Sequence record: SRR20825019_642
Direction: 5' to 3' (one strand)
Length of the DNA: 36,213 nucleotides
Part shown: piece after piece, positions 9,491 to 19,640 of the stretch
Layout: each line of letters starts with the position of its first letter
How positions within the stretch are numbered: position 1 is the stretch's first letter
Made by a program: the position numbers and the translations under genes
Notes under the pieces: generated by a model
What the model was told of the DNA's origin: nothing
Database searches by the model: none
The model's input: the letters and a program-made list of their open reading frames with translations, nothing else

Positions 9491-10045
9491 ATGGACCAAG
9501 ACAATTTCAAAAATGAATCTTACCTAATTGCGCAGTTAAAGAGTGGCTGCAAAGAGGCCTATGGTCACCTTTTTAAATTGTACCATGGGGAGCTTTGTAA
9601 TTATATGACAGCGATTTCCGGGAATCCAAAGATTGCGGAAGATATAGCGCAGCAAACCTTCATTAAAATATGGGAGAACAGAAAAAAACTTTCCTTATCC
9701 AAAGATAAACTGAAAAGATACCTCTTCAAAGTAGCTTATAATCTGTTCATTGATTCCCAAAGAAGAAAGAAAAAAGAGTTTGAATTGCTCGAAAACCTTA
9801 AGCAAGAAGCCTATTTAGAACTGGTCGATGCTGATACATCCCTTTTTGAAGAACGGCTCAAAAAAGTTGAGATGGAAATAGATAATCTGCCCGAGCAGTG
9901 CAAAAAAGTCTTTATAATGAGTAAAAAAGAAGGACTCAAGTATAGGGAAATTTCCGAGCAGCTGCACATTTCAATTAAAACGGTAGAAGTACATATGGCT
10001 AAGGCCATGAAACGCTTAAGAGCACAACTCACCTCATTTTTATAA
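9491..10045 (+). CDS. ECF-type RNA polymerase sigma-70 factor (Bacteroidota PUL-associated)
   Basis: About 184 aa from ATG 9491 (alternative ATG 9476); region 2 AEDIAQQTFIKIW, region 4 LPEQCKKVF...GLKYREISEQLHISIKTVEVHM; next to FecR and an STN-SusC. Confidence 0.92.
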   Translation: MDQDNFKNESYLIAQLKSGCKEAYGHLFKLYHGELCNYMTAISGNPKIAEDIAQQTFIKIWENRKKLSLSKDKLKRYLFKVAYNLFIDSQRRKKKEFELLENLKQEAYLELVDADTSLFEERLKKVEMEIDNLPEQCKKVFIMSKKEGLKYREISEQLHISIKTVEVHMAKAMKRLRAQLTSFL

Positions 10046-10152
10046 GACTTTCCCTGCCCAGAATATGCTAGGCAGGTAACATCTGTTATCTAAAAATTCT
10101 TCAAAATAGCAGGTTACTTCATATTTAAAATGTTAAAAAAATAAATTTATGT

Positions 10153-10177
10153 AAGGGTTTTTTGAAAAAGTTGCGTC
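10153..10177 (+). promoter_or_regulatory. Putative ECF sigma-dependent promoter for fecR-susC-susD
   Basis: AAGGG (10153-10157), 16-nt spacer, CGTC (10174-10177), 27 nt before the fecR ATG; a CGT -10 element and 16-nt spacing are typical of ECF promoters. Confidence 0.4.
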
Positions 10178-10204
10178 TCTTTTAAAAGTGACAATATTTT
10201 TCAA

Positions 10205-11383
10205 ATGACCAAAATTGATATCAGAAGAATAATTACCAGGTATATCAACCAAGAAGCTTCTCAAGAAGAATTGGCCATTTTATATGAATGGGTAAAGAAA
10301 GGAAACAATAAAGAGGTTTTCAAAAAATTAGTACAAGCAGATTTTTTGGTCAACTACGAGGATAAATCTTGGCAGACTGAAGAAGCTTTTGAAAACTTCC
10401 TGCATACGATCAAGAAAAAGGAAAGTTTGAAGGTTAGGTCCTTATATGCCCAAAATCATATATGGAAGTATGCAGCGGTTATAATGATCACTGTCGGCTC
10501 CTCATTGTTCTTTTTGTTGAATCAAGAAACAGTTGTTAACGTTCCATTGGAAGCAGGCCCTGACCAAATAACACTGCAATTGGACAATGGGGAAGTACTT
10601 ACCATTGACCCCGATTCCGATGCCACCATACAGAGTAAAAATGGGAGCACGGTAGTATCTATGGTGAAGGGTATGCTGTCCCAACAGCAAGAAAAAGGAA
10701 AGAAGGATAAGGTGAGTAACAATACGATAAGGGTGCCATTTGGGAAAAATTTATCCATAACCCTACAAGATGGTTCGGTTGTAATGCTCAATTCAGGGTC
10801 CAGTATCACTTATCCATCAAGTTTTGAGGGAACCGACACCAGAGAGGTGAAACTAAAAGGCGAGGCATTCTTTGAAGTTGCCAAAAATCCACAAAAACCA
10901 TTTATCGTAAAAACGGAGGACATGTATACCCAAGTATTTGGGACTGTTTTCAATGTTTCCGCATACGAAGAGGATGGCCCGGCAGAAGTAGTTCTGGTAG
11001 AAGGTTCCGTAGGTGTGAGTAATCCAGCCAACTTAAATTCAAGGGATATACAAATGATCAAACCTTCGCAAAAGGCAACCAGTATAGTTGGAGGCGATAC
11101 GAATTTCAGGATTGAAGATGTTGATGTTGCCCCATATATATCATGGACCAAAGGAATTTTGGCGTTTGAAAATGAATCCATGGTACAGATCATAAAAAAG
11201 CTACAGCGCCAATACAATATAAAAATTCACAATACATACAAGGAGTTGGATGAGCGAAGGTTCACGGGAATGTTCGATGAAGAAAACATAGACCATGTGC
11301 TGAGAACCATACAAGCCCATACCCACTTTAGTTACGACAAGAATGAAAATGTAATAACAATTAAAAATCCTGATAAACAGTAG
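10205..11383 (+). CDS. fecR: FecR-family anti-sigma factor
   Basis: 392 aa; single TM (WKYAAVIMITVGSSLFFLL); FecR motifs LQDGSVVMLNSGSSITYP, REVKLKGEAFFEV, VFGTVFNVSAY, VVLVEGSV. Confidence 0.92.
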   Translation: MTKIDIRRIITRYINQEASQEELAILYEWVKKGNNKEVFKKLVQADFLVNYEDKSWQTEEAFENFLHTIKKKESLKVRSLYAQNHIWKYAAVIMITVGSSLFFLLNQETVVNVPLEAGPDQITLQLDNGEVLTIDPDSDATIQSKNGSTVVSMVKGMLSQQQEKGKKDKVSNNTIRVPFGKNLSITLQDGSVVMLNSGSSITYPSSFEGTDTREVKLKGEAFFEVAKNPQKPFIVKTEDMYTQVFGTVFNVSAYEEDGPAEVVLVEGSVGVSNPANLNSRDIQMIKPSQKATSIVGGDTNFRIEDVDVAPYISWTKGILAFENESMVQIIKKLQRQYNIKIHNTYKELDERRFTGMFDEENIDHVLRTIQAHTHFSYDKNENVITIKNPDKQ

Positions 11384-11446
11384 TGCCTATGATGTAAAAA
11401 CCAATTAACCAAAAAAACAATTACTAACTAACTAGACTTTTCAATT

Positions 11447-14400
11447 ATGAAAAAAACCAAAACTAAACGTGCCATTGTACCAAGGCTGGGCAAAAGATTA
11501 CTGTACGGATTTTTCTTGCTGTTCATGTTCGGCCAAGTAAGTGCCGCATCTTGTGCTCAATACGATAAGGTGGAGAATAACTTTAACCAAATCAAGCTGG
11601 GCGATGTGTTCGAGACCGTTACCGAGTCCACTGGCTATAAATTCTTTTATGAAGCCTCTGAGGTAGATGTTAACCGAAGAGTGACCATAAACGGGAAGAA
11701 TCTTTGCATACAAGATTTTTTGAAGGAAATATTCAAGGGAACCGACCTGTCATTTGAAATCATCGCTAGGCAGATTGTTATAAAGAAGAACAGAAAGTCA
11801 CTGCCAAGTTTAACCCCACAGAACAAGGTCAATGCAGAAAATCCTCAGACCAATCTAACAGGAACTGTATTGGACGAAGCAGGAATACCGCTTGCCGGGG
11901 CCACAATAATAGCCAAAGGCACAACTGAAGGGACAACCACTGATTTTGATGGAAACTTTGCCATTACACTGCCTGCGGGAGTTACCGTGATCCAAGTGAC
12001 TTATATTGGCTACAAAGCAAAAGAAGTAAATGTGGCGGGGCAAACATCCATAACCGTGACCATGGAACAGGATGCTGCTGCCTTGGAAGAGGTTGTGGTA
12101 GTAGGTTATGGTACCTTGGCCAAGAAAAAGGTAACAGGGTCTGTGGTTTCCATTACCCCCGAAACCATCACGGAAGTACCTGCGTTAACCCCCGAAAGCG
12201 CACTTATTGGTCAGGTAACAGGGGTTCAGGTGCAAGAAGTCTCCGGTGAGCCGGGAGCTGCACCCAACATTCGTGTAAGAGGTTCCGGTTCCATATCTGC
12301 AGGTAACGACCCATTGTTCGTTGTGGATGGAATCCCAATTTCCCGTAACCTTACATCTTCCAGCCAATTGGGGGGTGTAGCCAATAGACGTTCCACATTT
12401 CAACCACCGACCATAAACCCTTTGGCCACCTTAAATCCTAATGATATCGAATCCATTCAGGTTCTGAAAGATGCCAGTGCGGCTGCCATATATGGTTCTC
12501 GTGGTGGTAACGGGGTTCTTTTGATTACTACCAAGAAAGGTTCTAACGGAGAAGAAGGAGTTTTTTCTTTTGATTCATACATGAGCATGCAATCCGTTGC
12601 CAATAGATTGGATTTGATGAATGCACCGGAATTGATCGATTTTACAAGGGATGCCAGAAACAATGCATATCTTCAGGCAGTTGATGGGGCATCGGTAGAC
12701 GACCCTATTGGGCCTGGCGACAGGAGCAACGCCAACTATGAATTGCCAGAATCGTTCTTGAACTGGGACGGGACGGATACCGATTGGCAAGATCTTCTAT
12801 TTAAGACGGGAGTCGTTCAGAGTTATAACTTCTCCTATGCCTCACCACTAAGAAACAGGACCAGCTTTTATGCATCTGCAGGATATTTTTCCCAAACAGG
12901 TGTTATAGACAAGGCAAAGTTTGAGCGCTATTCGGTATTGTTGAACTTAAATTCACAATTGACCGAAAAATTAAACCTGGACTTAAGATTGGCACCGACC
13001 GTTACCGAAAATCAGAGGGTGCCGGCATCTTCCCCATATTTTGCCACACCTCCGGGAATCGTGTACTCTGGAATAGTGCATTCACCTACGGTCAGCCCTT
13101 ATAATTCAGATGGAACCATCAACCAATTGAACAACCAATCCTATTTGGGCGGTGGTACCACAACGGCTAGTAATCCATTGGCCATTATCAAGGCGGTGGA
13201 CGATCAAATTTTTCAATTCCAGACAAGGGGAAATCTAGCATTGACCTATGATATTTTACCTGGGTTGAGCTTTAAAACCTTCGGAGGAGTCTATATCAAC
13301 CTATACAACCAAGATTTTTATAGATCTAATACATTGTTGTATAGGAATAATGCTGATGGTAACCCGTATGGTCAGGCATCTTCTTCTACTGAGACCAACT
13401 GGCTTTGGGAAAATACCTTGAACTGGACCAAGGAATTCGGCGATCACTACATCGATGCAGTTATTGGTTATACCGCACAAAAGGACAATTTGACCCTAAA
13501 GCAGGTGTTGGCCAACAACTATCCGGATGATCTTGTACCTACGGTTAGTGGAGGACAAGTATTTGGCGGAACCTCTGTCAAAGAACAGTGGTCTTTACTG
13601 TCATCGCTATTTAGGGTAAACTACAGCTATAAGGATAAATACCTATTTACGGGAACTTTCCGATCAGATAAGTCTTCCAGATTTGGAAAGAACAATCAAA
13701 CCGGTTATTTCCCTTCCTTCTCTGCTGGTTGGAGAATGAACGAAGAGGAGTTTTTGGCGGATTCAGAGACCATATCCGAGCTTAAACTACGCGTAAGCTG
13801 GGGACAGACAGGAAACTTTGAGATTCCAAACTACGGTGCCGTAGGATTATTATCACCTCTTAACTATAACCTTGGAGGAAACGAAATCAATGGACTTGTG
13901 CAGAGCACAATTCCAAACCCAAACCTTACCTGGGAAAAGTCAGAGCAGATCGATGCCGGTATCGAGTTGGGATTGTTCAACAATAGGGTCTTTCTTTTGG
14001 CAGATTACTACGATACCAGAACAAGGGATTTATTATTGAACGTGGCAATATCCTCCGTATCCGGGTTCGAGACTACGCTCAGAAACTTGGGAGAGGTTAA
14101 AAACACCGGTCTGGAACTTGCATTGAGCACCAAGAACTTTGTAGGGGATAACTTTACTTGGAATACGGATATCAACTTTTCTACTAACAAGAATGAAGTT
14201 CTTTCCCTAAATGAGAGCAACGAACCTATCTATTCTTCAGGTAGTGCAGGTGTAAGGCACGTGACCAGGGTAGGAGACCCGATCGGTAGTTATTACGGCT
14301 ATGTTGTGGATGGTATTTATCAAACCCAAGAAGAGATTGACAATGCCCCATTGGATACCCAAGCGCCGGACCCCGCCCCCGGAGACTTTAGATTTAAGGA

Positions 14401-14971
14401 TGTTGATGGTGATGGTGAGATCACTCCGGACGATAGAACAGTTACCGGTAGTTACTTTCCTGATTTTACATGGGGTATCAACAATAGGTTGACCTTTAAG
14501 AACATCGATTTTAGCTTTTTGATCCAAGGTGTGGAAGGTAACGAAATCCTCAACCTAACGTCAAGACATATGAAGAACGGAGAAGCGAATTTTAATTCGT
14601 ATGCCATTTTTAACGAGCGTTGGAAATCTCCGTCCCAACCAGGTAACGGATCTATTCCCAGAGCAGACAGGGAATCGGGAAACCATGGAAACAACAACAG
14701 GCCTTCTTCTTTTCAAGTGGAAGACGGGTCCTATGTGCGTTTAAGAAATGTAACCTTGGGATACACGTTGCCGACCGACAATCTTTTTGGAAGCAAAATC
14801 CAAAAACTTAGGTTCTATGTTACCGCAACAAACCTCTTTACCATTACCGATTATCTCGGTTATAACCCCGAGGTCAGTAGCATTACCACGAATAGTTTAA
14901 CACCTGGAGAGGATTATGGGGCATTTCCGCTCACCAAATCCTTCACACTGGGATTAAACCTAAAGTTCTAA
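11447..14971 (+). CDS. susC: SusC/RagA-family TonB-dependent transporter with N-terminal STN signalling domain
   Basis: 1174 aa; STN-like N-terminus; carboxypeptidase-like domain (GTTTDFDGNF); LEEVVVVGYG, IRVRG, PLFVVDG, DIESIQVLKDASAAAIYGSRGGNGVLLITTKKG; C-terminal LGLNLKF. Confidence 0.96.
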   Translation: MKKTKTKRAIVPRLGKRLLYGFFLLFMFGQVSAASCAQYDKVENNFNQIKLGDVFETVTESTGYKFFYEASEVDVNRRVTINGKNLCIQDFLKEIFKGTDLSFEIIARQIVIKKNRKSLPSLTPQNKVNAENPQTNLTGTVLDEAGIPLAGATIIAKGTTEGTTTDFDGNFAITLPAGVTVIQVTYIGYKAKEVNVAGQTSITVTMEQDAAALEEVVVVGYGTLAKKKVTGSVVSITPETITEVPALTPESALIGQVTGVQVQEVSGEPGAAPNIRVRGSGSISAGNDPLFVVDGIPISRNLTSSSQLGGVANRRSTFQPPTINPLATLNPNDIESIQVLKDASAAAIYGSRGGNGVLLITTKKGSNGEEGVFSFDSYMSMQSVANRLDLMNAPELIDFTRDARNNAYLQAVDGASVDDPIGPGDRSNANYELPESFLNWDGTDTDWQDLLFKTGVVQSYNFSYASPLRNRTSFYASAGYFSQTGVIDKAKFERYSVLLNLNSQLTEKLNLDLRLAPTVTENQRVPASSPYFATPPGIVYSGIVHSPTVSPYNSDGTINQLNNQSYLGGGTTTASNPLAIIKAVDDQIFQFQTRGNLALTYDILPGLSFKTFGGVYINLYNQDFYRSNTLLYRNNADGNPYGQASSSTETNWLWENTLNWTKEFGDHYIDAVIGYTAQKDNLTLKQVLANNYPDDLVPTVSGGQVFGGTSVKEQWSLLSSLFRVNYSYKDKYLFTGTFRSDKSSRFGKNNQTGYFPSFSAGWRMNEEEFLADSETISELKLRVSWGQTGNFEIPNYGAVGLLSPLNYNLGGNEINGLVQSTIPNPNLTWEKSEQIDAGIELGLFNNRVFLLADYYDTRTRDLLLNVAISSVSGFETTLRNLGEVKNTGLELALSTKNFVGDNFTWNTDINFSTNKNEVLSLNESNEPIYSSGSAGVRHVTRVGDPIGSYYGYVVDGIYQTQEEIDNAPLDTQAPDPAPGDFRFKDVDGDGEITPDDRTVTGSYFPDFTWGINNRLTFKNIDFSFLIQGVEGNEILNLTSRHMKNGEANFNSYAIFNERWKSPSQPGNGSIPRADRESGNHGNNNRPSSFQVEDGSYVRLRNVTLGYTLPTDNLFGSKIQKLRFYVTATNLFTITDYLGYNPEVSSITTNSLTPGEDYGAFPLTKSFTLGLNLKF

Positions 14972-14988
14972 CCTAAAAACGGAAAAAA

Positions 14989-16368
14989 ATGAAACGAATT
15001 CTATATATAATGCTATGTACGGTACTAGCTACCGGGTGTAGTGAAGACTTTACAGATCTCGCACCAATTTCCAACAGAAACGAGGCGGACTTTTACAATG
15101 AGCCAGAAGATTTTGAAGTGGCCATAAATGCCAGTTATGCCGGCTTGCAGAGCACAGGAACTTTCGGAAGGGGGTATTGGACCATGTTCGAGATGCGAAG
15201 CGATAATACCGATCAAGGACCCGACGCCACCGGATTGGCCCGTCAGTACACCGAGATAAATTCCTTTACAGAAGATGCGTTGAACGAGCAGATAACCTCT
15301 GCATGGAGCGACTCCTACAGGGTAATTTCCAACTGTAACGTAATCTTGGATCGTATCCCGGAAATAGAAATGGACGCTACTTTAAAGAACCGGGTAACCG
15401 GTGAAGCCCTGTTTATCCGTTCTTTGGTGTATTATCACTTGGCCATTGGTTTTGGAAATATACCCTTGCAACTAACCCCCTATGTATCAGGTGACGAGCT
15501 TGTTCAAGTGGACCAAAACACTGTATTGGAGCAATTGGTAACCGATTTGACCACTGCAGAAAGCAACCTTCCCGTGTCATATTCAGGAAGTCAGGTAGGC
15601 AAGGCAACAAAAGGGGCTGCAGCTACCTTATTGGCCAAAGTATTGTTGACCATGGGAGATAATGGTGCCGCAGAAACCGTTTTGAGACGAATCATTTCCG
15701 ATTACGGTTACGAATTATTGCCTAACTATTCGGATTTATGGGGCGTTGCCAATGAGAACAATGCAGAATCCATTTTTGAGGTTCAGTACATCAGTGGAGG
15801 TATTGGCCAAGGAAGTCTTTACACCAATGATTTTTCACCCAGTACCGATTTGCAGACAGGTTCCGGGTTTGGAAGAAACCGTCCAACAGTTTCTATGTTA
15901 GAGGCTTACGAAGATGGAGATTTAAGATTTGAACCCTCAATGGGAGCTACGTACGTCAATCTTGAAGGAGAAGTTGTCGAAGCAAGACATGTCAGAAAAT
16001 ACCAATCCGATTTGGCCATAGAGAACGATTCCGACATCAATTTTGTGGTGTTCCGCTATGCCGATGTTCTGCTTATGCTAGCAGAAGCCTTGGGGGAAAC
16101 ACCAGAAAGTTACGACTTGATCAACGAGGTAAGGAACAGGGCCGGATTATCGGATATCGATGCCGCTACACCAGGAACCTTTGAGGAGAAGTTGCTACAT
16201 GAAAGAAGAGTGGAGCTTGCCTTTGAGAACCATAGATGGCCCGACCTAAAGCGCTTCGGTGCCACGGAAAAAGTTATAGAGGCAGAGGATTTTATAACAA
16301 GTACAAAAGAGTTTTTCTTTATCCCACAAAGGGAAATGGATATCAATCCAAATTTTAATCAGAATTAG
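14989..16368 (+). CDS. susD: SusD/RagB-family glycan-binding outer-membrane lipoprotein
   Basis: 459 aa; lipobox LATG-C; GEALFIRS, FRYADVLLMLAEA, INEVRNRAG, ERRVELAFENHRWPDLKR. Confidence 0.95.
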   Translation: MKRILYIMLCTVLATGCSEDFTDLAPISNRNEADFYNEPEDFEVAINASYAGLQSTGTFGRGYWTMFEMRSDNTDQGPDATGLARQYTEINSFTEDALNEQITSAWSDSYRVISNCNVILDRIPEIEMDATLKNRVTGEALFIRSLVYYHLAIGFGNIPLQLTPYVSGDELVQVDQNTVLEQLVTDLTTAESNLPVSYSGSQVGKATKGAAATLLAKVLLTMGDNGAAETVLRRIISDYGYELLPNYSDLWGVANENNAESIFEVQYISGGIGQGSLYTNDFSPSTDLQTGSGFGRNRPTVSMLEAYEDGDLRFEPSMGATYVNLEGEVVEARHVRKYQSDLAIENDSDINFVVFRYADVLLMLAEALGETPESYDLINEVRNRAGLSDIDAATPGTFEEKLLHERRVELAFENHRWPDLKRFGATEKVIEAEDFITSTKEFFFIPQREMDINPNFNQN

Positions 16369-16567
16369 TATCAAAAATTAATGTTTTCATTCATTAGGTT
16401 AGTTTGATTGATCAGTGCACCCAAACCATGGATTTCCTACTTATCACTATGTGCGATAACTGACCTGTAAATGGAATGTTTTTAATGCAAAAGTTTGGTT
16501 GCTTCACAAGAGGTGGCTCGGACTGGAATTGTAAAATTTTAAAGAAACCATATAATAAAATAGAAAA

Positions 16568-17455
16568 ATGAGAAAGTTAGTAATGGCAGTTTGTTTATGC
16601 TTTGCATTTACAACGATTCAAGCACAACAGAAAAAGGCCTTAAATATTCTGGCAATTGGTGCACATCCCGATGATTGTGATTCCAAGTTCGGGGGAACGG
16701 CGGCACTGTTTGCCCAAATGGGGCATAATGTAAAGTTCTTGGCTTTGACCAATGGAGATGCAGGACATTATGCCATGGGGGGTGGCGTTCTTGCCAAAAA
16801 GCGCCGGCAAGAAGCCAAGGATGCGGCAAAAGCACTGGGCATTGCAGAATATGAAGTGTTGGATAACCACGATGGGGAGTTGTTCCCGACCTTGAACGTA
16901 CGATTGGAGGTCATCCGCAGAATCAGGGATTGGGATGCTGATATTGTTTTGGGACTAAGACCAAACGATTATCACCCGGATCATAGAAATGCCGGCTCCG
17001 TAGTACAGGATGCCGCGTACATGAACATTGTTCCCAACGTAGCACCTGATACGCCACCATTGAAAAAAAACCCGGTCTTTCTTTATATGAGCGATCATTT
17101 TAAAAAACCATATCCTTTCCAAAAAGATATAGCTGTGATCGTGGACGATGTAATTGACACCAAGGTAAAGGGCTTGGCTGCGCACGATTCACAAATGTTC
17201 GAATGGTTGCCGTGGACCAATGGGGTAGATGTTTCGACCATTCCAACGGGAGAACAGGAACGGTTGAAATGGCTAAAAGAAAGGTGGATGAACAGAAAAC
17301 CGGATGCGAGTACCTTGGAAGCTGTCAAAAAATGGTACCCCAATGTAGATACCTCAAAAGTAAGCCAAGTGGAGTTCTTTGAAATCTGTGAGTATGGAAA
17401 GCAACCTACGGATGAAGAAATCAAACAAATGTTCCCAATGTTGGGGTCCAAATAA
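16568..17455 (+). CDS. PIG-L/LmbE-family N-acetyl-sugar deacetylase (CE14-like), exported
   Basis: 295 aa; Sec signal ending IQA|QQ; metal motifs GAHPDD and HPDH; LTNGDAG, RRQEA, AHDSQ. Confidence 0.9.
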   Translation: MRKLVMAVCLCFAFTTIQAQQKKALNILAIGAHPDDCDSKFGGTAALFAQMGHNVKFLALTNGDAGHYAMGGGVLAKKRRQEAKDAAKALGIAEYEVLDNHDGELFPTLNVRLEVIRRIRDWDADIVLGLRPNDYHPDHRNAGSVVQDAAYMNIVPNVAPDTPPLKKNPVFLYMSDHFKKPYPFQKDIAVIVDDVIDTKVKGLAAHDSQMFEWLPWTNGVDVSTIPTGEQERLKWLKERWMNRKPDASTLEAVKKWYPNVDTSKVSQVEFFEICEYGKQPTDEEIKQMFPMLGSK

Positions 17456-17512
17456 GTACATACCACTGACCACCCAGGTAGCATCCAAATTAAATAACCA
17501 ACCAATTATATA

Positions 17513-18769
17513 ATGGAGACCAGCAAGCCCAAGACCAAAAGATACATCCACATTATAGGACTGGTAATGATCGTATTCTTTGTAATATCCTTCATAACCA
17601 ACATCCTGAATTCAATAATCGTGGACGTTAAGGATAGTTTTGATCTCAGCCTAACGTTAACAGGCCTATTGCCGTTCACTTTTTTTATAGCGTATGGCAT
17701 CATGTCCATACCTGCAGGCTTTTTATCCGAAAAGTATAGTGAGAGGACATTACTTTCAGTTTCATTTTTGGTCATGGCGCTTGCTTCCCTGGGTTTTGCC
17801 CTACTGCCACAATACGGCGTTTTTAGCATAACCCTTTTTGTATTGGGTTGTTGTATGGCGGTGCTTCAAGTAATTATAAATCCAATGTTGAGGGTGGCAG
17901 GAGGCGAAGAACACTTTGCGTTCAATTCCGTGTTGGCTCAATTGGTTTTTGGAGCGGCATCATTTTTAAGTCCTTATTTATATAAATACCTGGTAAGCAA
18001 GAATAACACAGGTGACACATTTGCTGAAATGTTGCGCGGATGGGTGCCACAGGATTTACCATGGGCATCGCTTTACATCGTTTTTGCAGCGATATCGTTG
18101 GTATTGTTTTTCTATGTCTTTTTGACCAAATATCCAAAATTTGAAAAGACCGAAGAAGAAAAGGCCGGAGACACCAGTTCGTATTGGGATTTGTTGAAGA
18201 ACAAATGGACCCTACTTTATTTCTTGGGAATCTTTTGCTACGTGGGCACAGAGCAGGGTGTTGGAAACTGGATTTCGCAATTTTTGAACCAATATCACGG
18301 ACTGGACCCACAGACGGTCGGCGCCAACACAGTATCCTATTTTTGGGCCATGTTGACGGTGGGTTGTCTACTGGGGTTATTGCTCTTAAAGTTTATGGAT
18401 AGCCGTAAATTACTGGTTTTGGCAACTTCGATAACCATCATAAGTTTAATTCTGGCACTTACAGGTTCGCCGCAAATGGCACTGATCGGTTTCCCGATGG
18501 TAGGATTTTTCATTTCTGTAATGTACTCCATAATATTCTCCTTGGCACTGAACTCTGTGAAAGAACATCATGGTTCACTATCCGGTATACTTTGTACGGG
18601 TATTGCCGGAGGAGCGGTCATACCATTTATTGTAGGGGGACTGGGCGAACTAATGTCGTTAAGATCAGGAATGTTCTTTTTAATAATTCCATTGATTTTT
18701 ATCCTATCCATAGGATTCTGGGCCAAACCATTGGTCAACAATAAAACCATAAGCTTAAAAAAGGACTAG
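17513..18769 (+). CDS. MFS sugar:cation symporter, FucP/GluP/NagP family
   Basis: 418 aa, about 12 hydrophobic segments; FFIAYGIMSIPAG, LQVIINP, GIFCYVGTEQG, GIAGGAVIP. Confidence 0.9.
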   Translation: METSKPKTKRYIHIIGLVMIVFFVISFITNILNSIIVDVKDSFDLSLTLTGLLPFTFFIAYGIMSIPAGFLSEKYSERTLLSVSFLVMALASLGFALLPQYGVFSITLFVLGCCMAVLQVIINPMLRVAGGEEHFAFNSVLAQLVFGAASFLSPYLYKYLVSKNNTGDTFAEMLRGWVPQDLPWASLYIVFAAISLVLFFYVFLTKYPKFEKTEEEKAGDTSSYWDLLKNKWTLLYFLGIFCYVGTEQGVGNWISQFLNQYHGLDPQTVGANTVSYFWAMLTVGCLLGLLLLKFMDSRKLLVLATSITIISLILALTGSPQMALIGFPMVGFFISVMYSIIFSLALNSVKEHHGSLSGILCTGIAGGAVIPFIVGGLGELMSLRSGMFFLIIPLIFILSIGFWAKPLVNNKTISLKKD

Positions 18770-19614
18770 TGGAGAAGAGGGCGAAAACGGTTTTGGGGGT
18801 TGATATCGGGGGAACCAAGATCAAAACAGGCAGGATCTTTGGCAAAGAGGTTGTACGGACCGGCCTTTCCGAAGTAAACCAAAACGATTCTTACGAAAGA
18901 TCACTATCTAGATTATTGACGACCATTGATGAAGTCATGACCACTGACGTCGAGGCTATCGGTATAGGGGTGCCCGCCGTAGTGGACCCAGATTCTGGCA
19001 TAGTGTACGATGTGCAAAACATTCCAACATGGGAGAAGGTCCCACTAAAAGAATTGGTGCAAAAGCAGTTCAATGTCCCCGTATACCTTAACAACGATGC
19101 CAACTGTTTTGCTTTGGGCGAAAAATACTTTGGCAAAGCCAAGCCATATAAAGATTGTGTGGCACTTTCATTGGGAACAGGACTGGGCATGGGCATTTTA
19201 ATAGAAGACAAACTCTATAATGGAGTTTTGTGCGGTGCAGGGGAAATAGGTATGCTGCCCTACAAAAACGGAATTCTGGAACAATATGCAGGTAGCTTCT
19301 TTTTTGAAGAAACTTATGGGGAATCGGCCAAGGTACTGTACCAAAAAGCCATGGACAACGATACTGGTGCATTGTCTGCTTTTAAAACGTATGGTGTTCA
19401 TCTGGGTATTGCCATAAAGGCAATTCTCTATCTGTACGCACCCGAATGTATCATACTGGGAGGATCCATTAGTAATGCATATCCGTTCTTCAAGTCTTCC
19501 TTGGAGGATGCCCTGAATTCGTTTGCCTATCAAAAACAATTGCAAAATTTTAAAATCGAAACATCAGATTTGGTGGATTCGCCCATTTTGGGTGCAGCTG
19601 CACTATGTCTGTAA
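18769..19614 (+). CDS. ROK-family sugar kinase
   Basis: 281 aa; GTG start overlaps the upstream TAG (TAGTG); GVDIGGTK, NNDANCFALGE, LGTGLGMG, GAGEIG; no N-terminal HTH. Confidence 0.88.
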   Translation: MEKRAKTVLGVDIGGTKIKTGRIFGKEVVRTGLSEVNQNDSYERSLSRLLTTIDEVMTTDVEAIGIGVPAVVDPDSGIVYDVQNIPTWEKVPLKELVQKQFNVPVYLNNDANCFALGEKYFGKAKPYKDCVALSLGTGLGMGILIEDKLYNGVLCGAGEIGMLPYKNGILEQYAGSFFFEETYGESAKVLYQKAMDNDTGALSAFKTYGVHLGIAIKAILYLYAPECIILGGSISNAYPFFKSSLEDALNSFAYQKQLQNFKIETSDLVDSPILGAAALCL

Positions 19615-19640
19615 AACAATAACCTTTCTACACTACACAA

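Noticed and set aside
9224-9499. 91-aa minus-strand ORF in the GH78-sigma intergenic region
   Set aside because: No recognisable motif, overlaps the sigma start region, and has low-complexity AT-rich codons; cannot be supported without homology or expression data
14398-14440. DVDGDG EF-hand-like loop in SusC
   Set aside because: Common feature of SusC-family barrels, not novel
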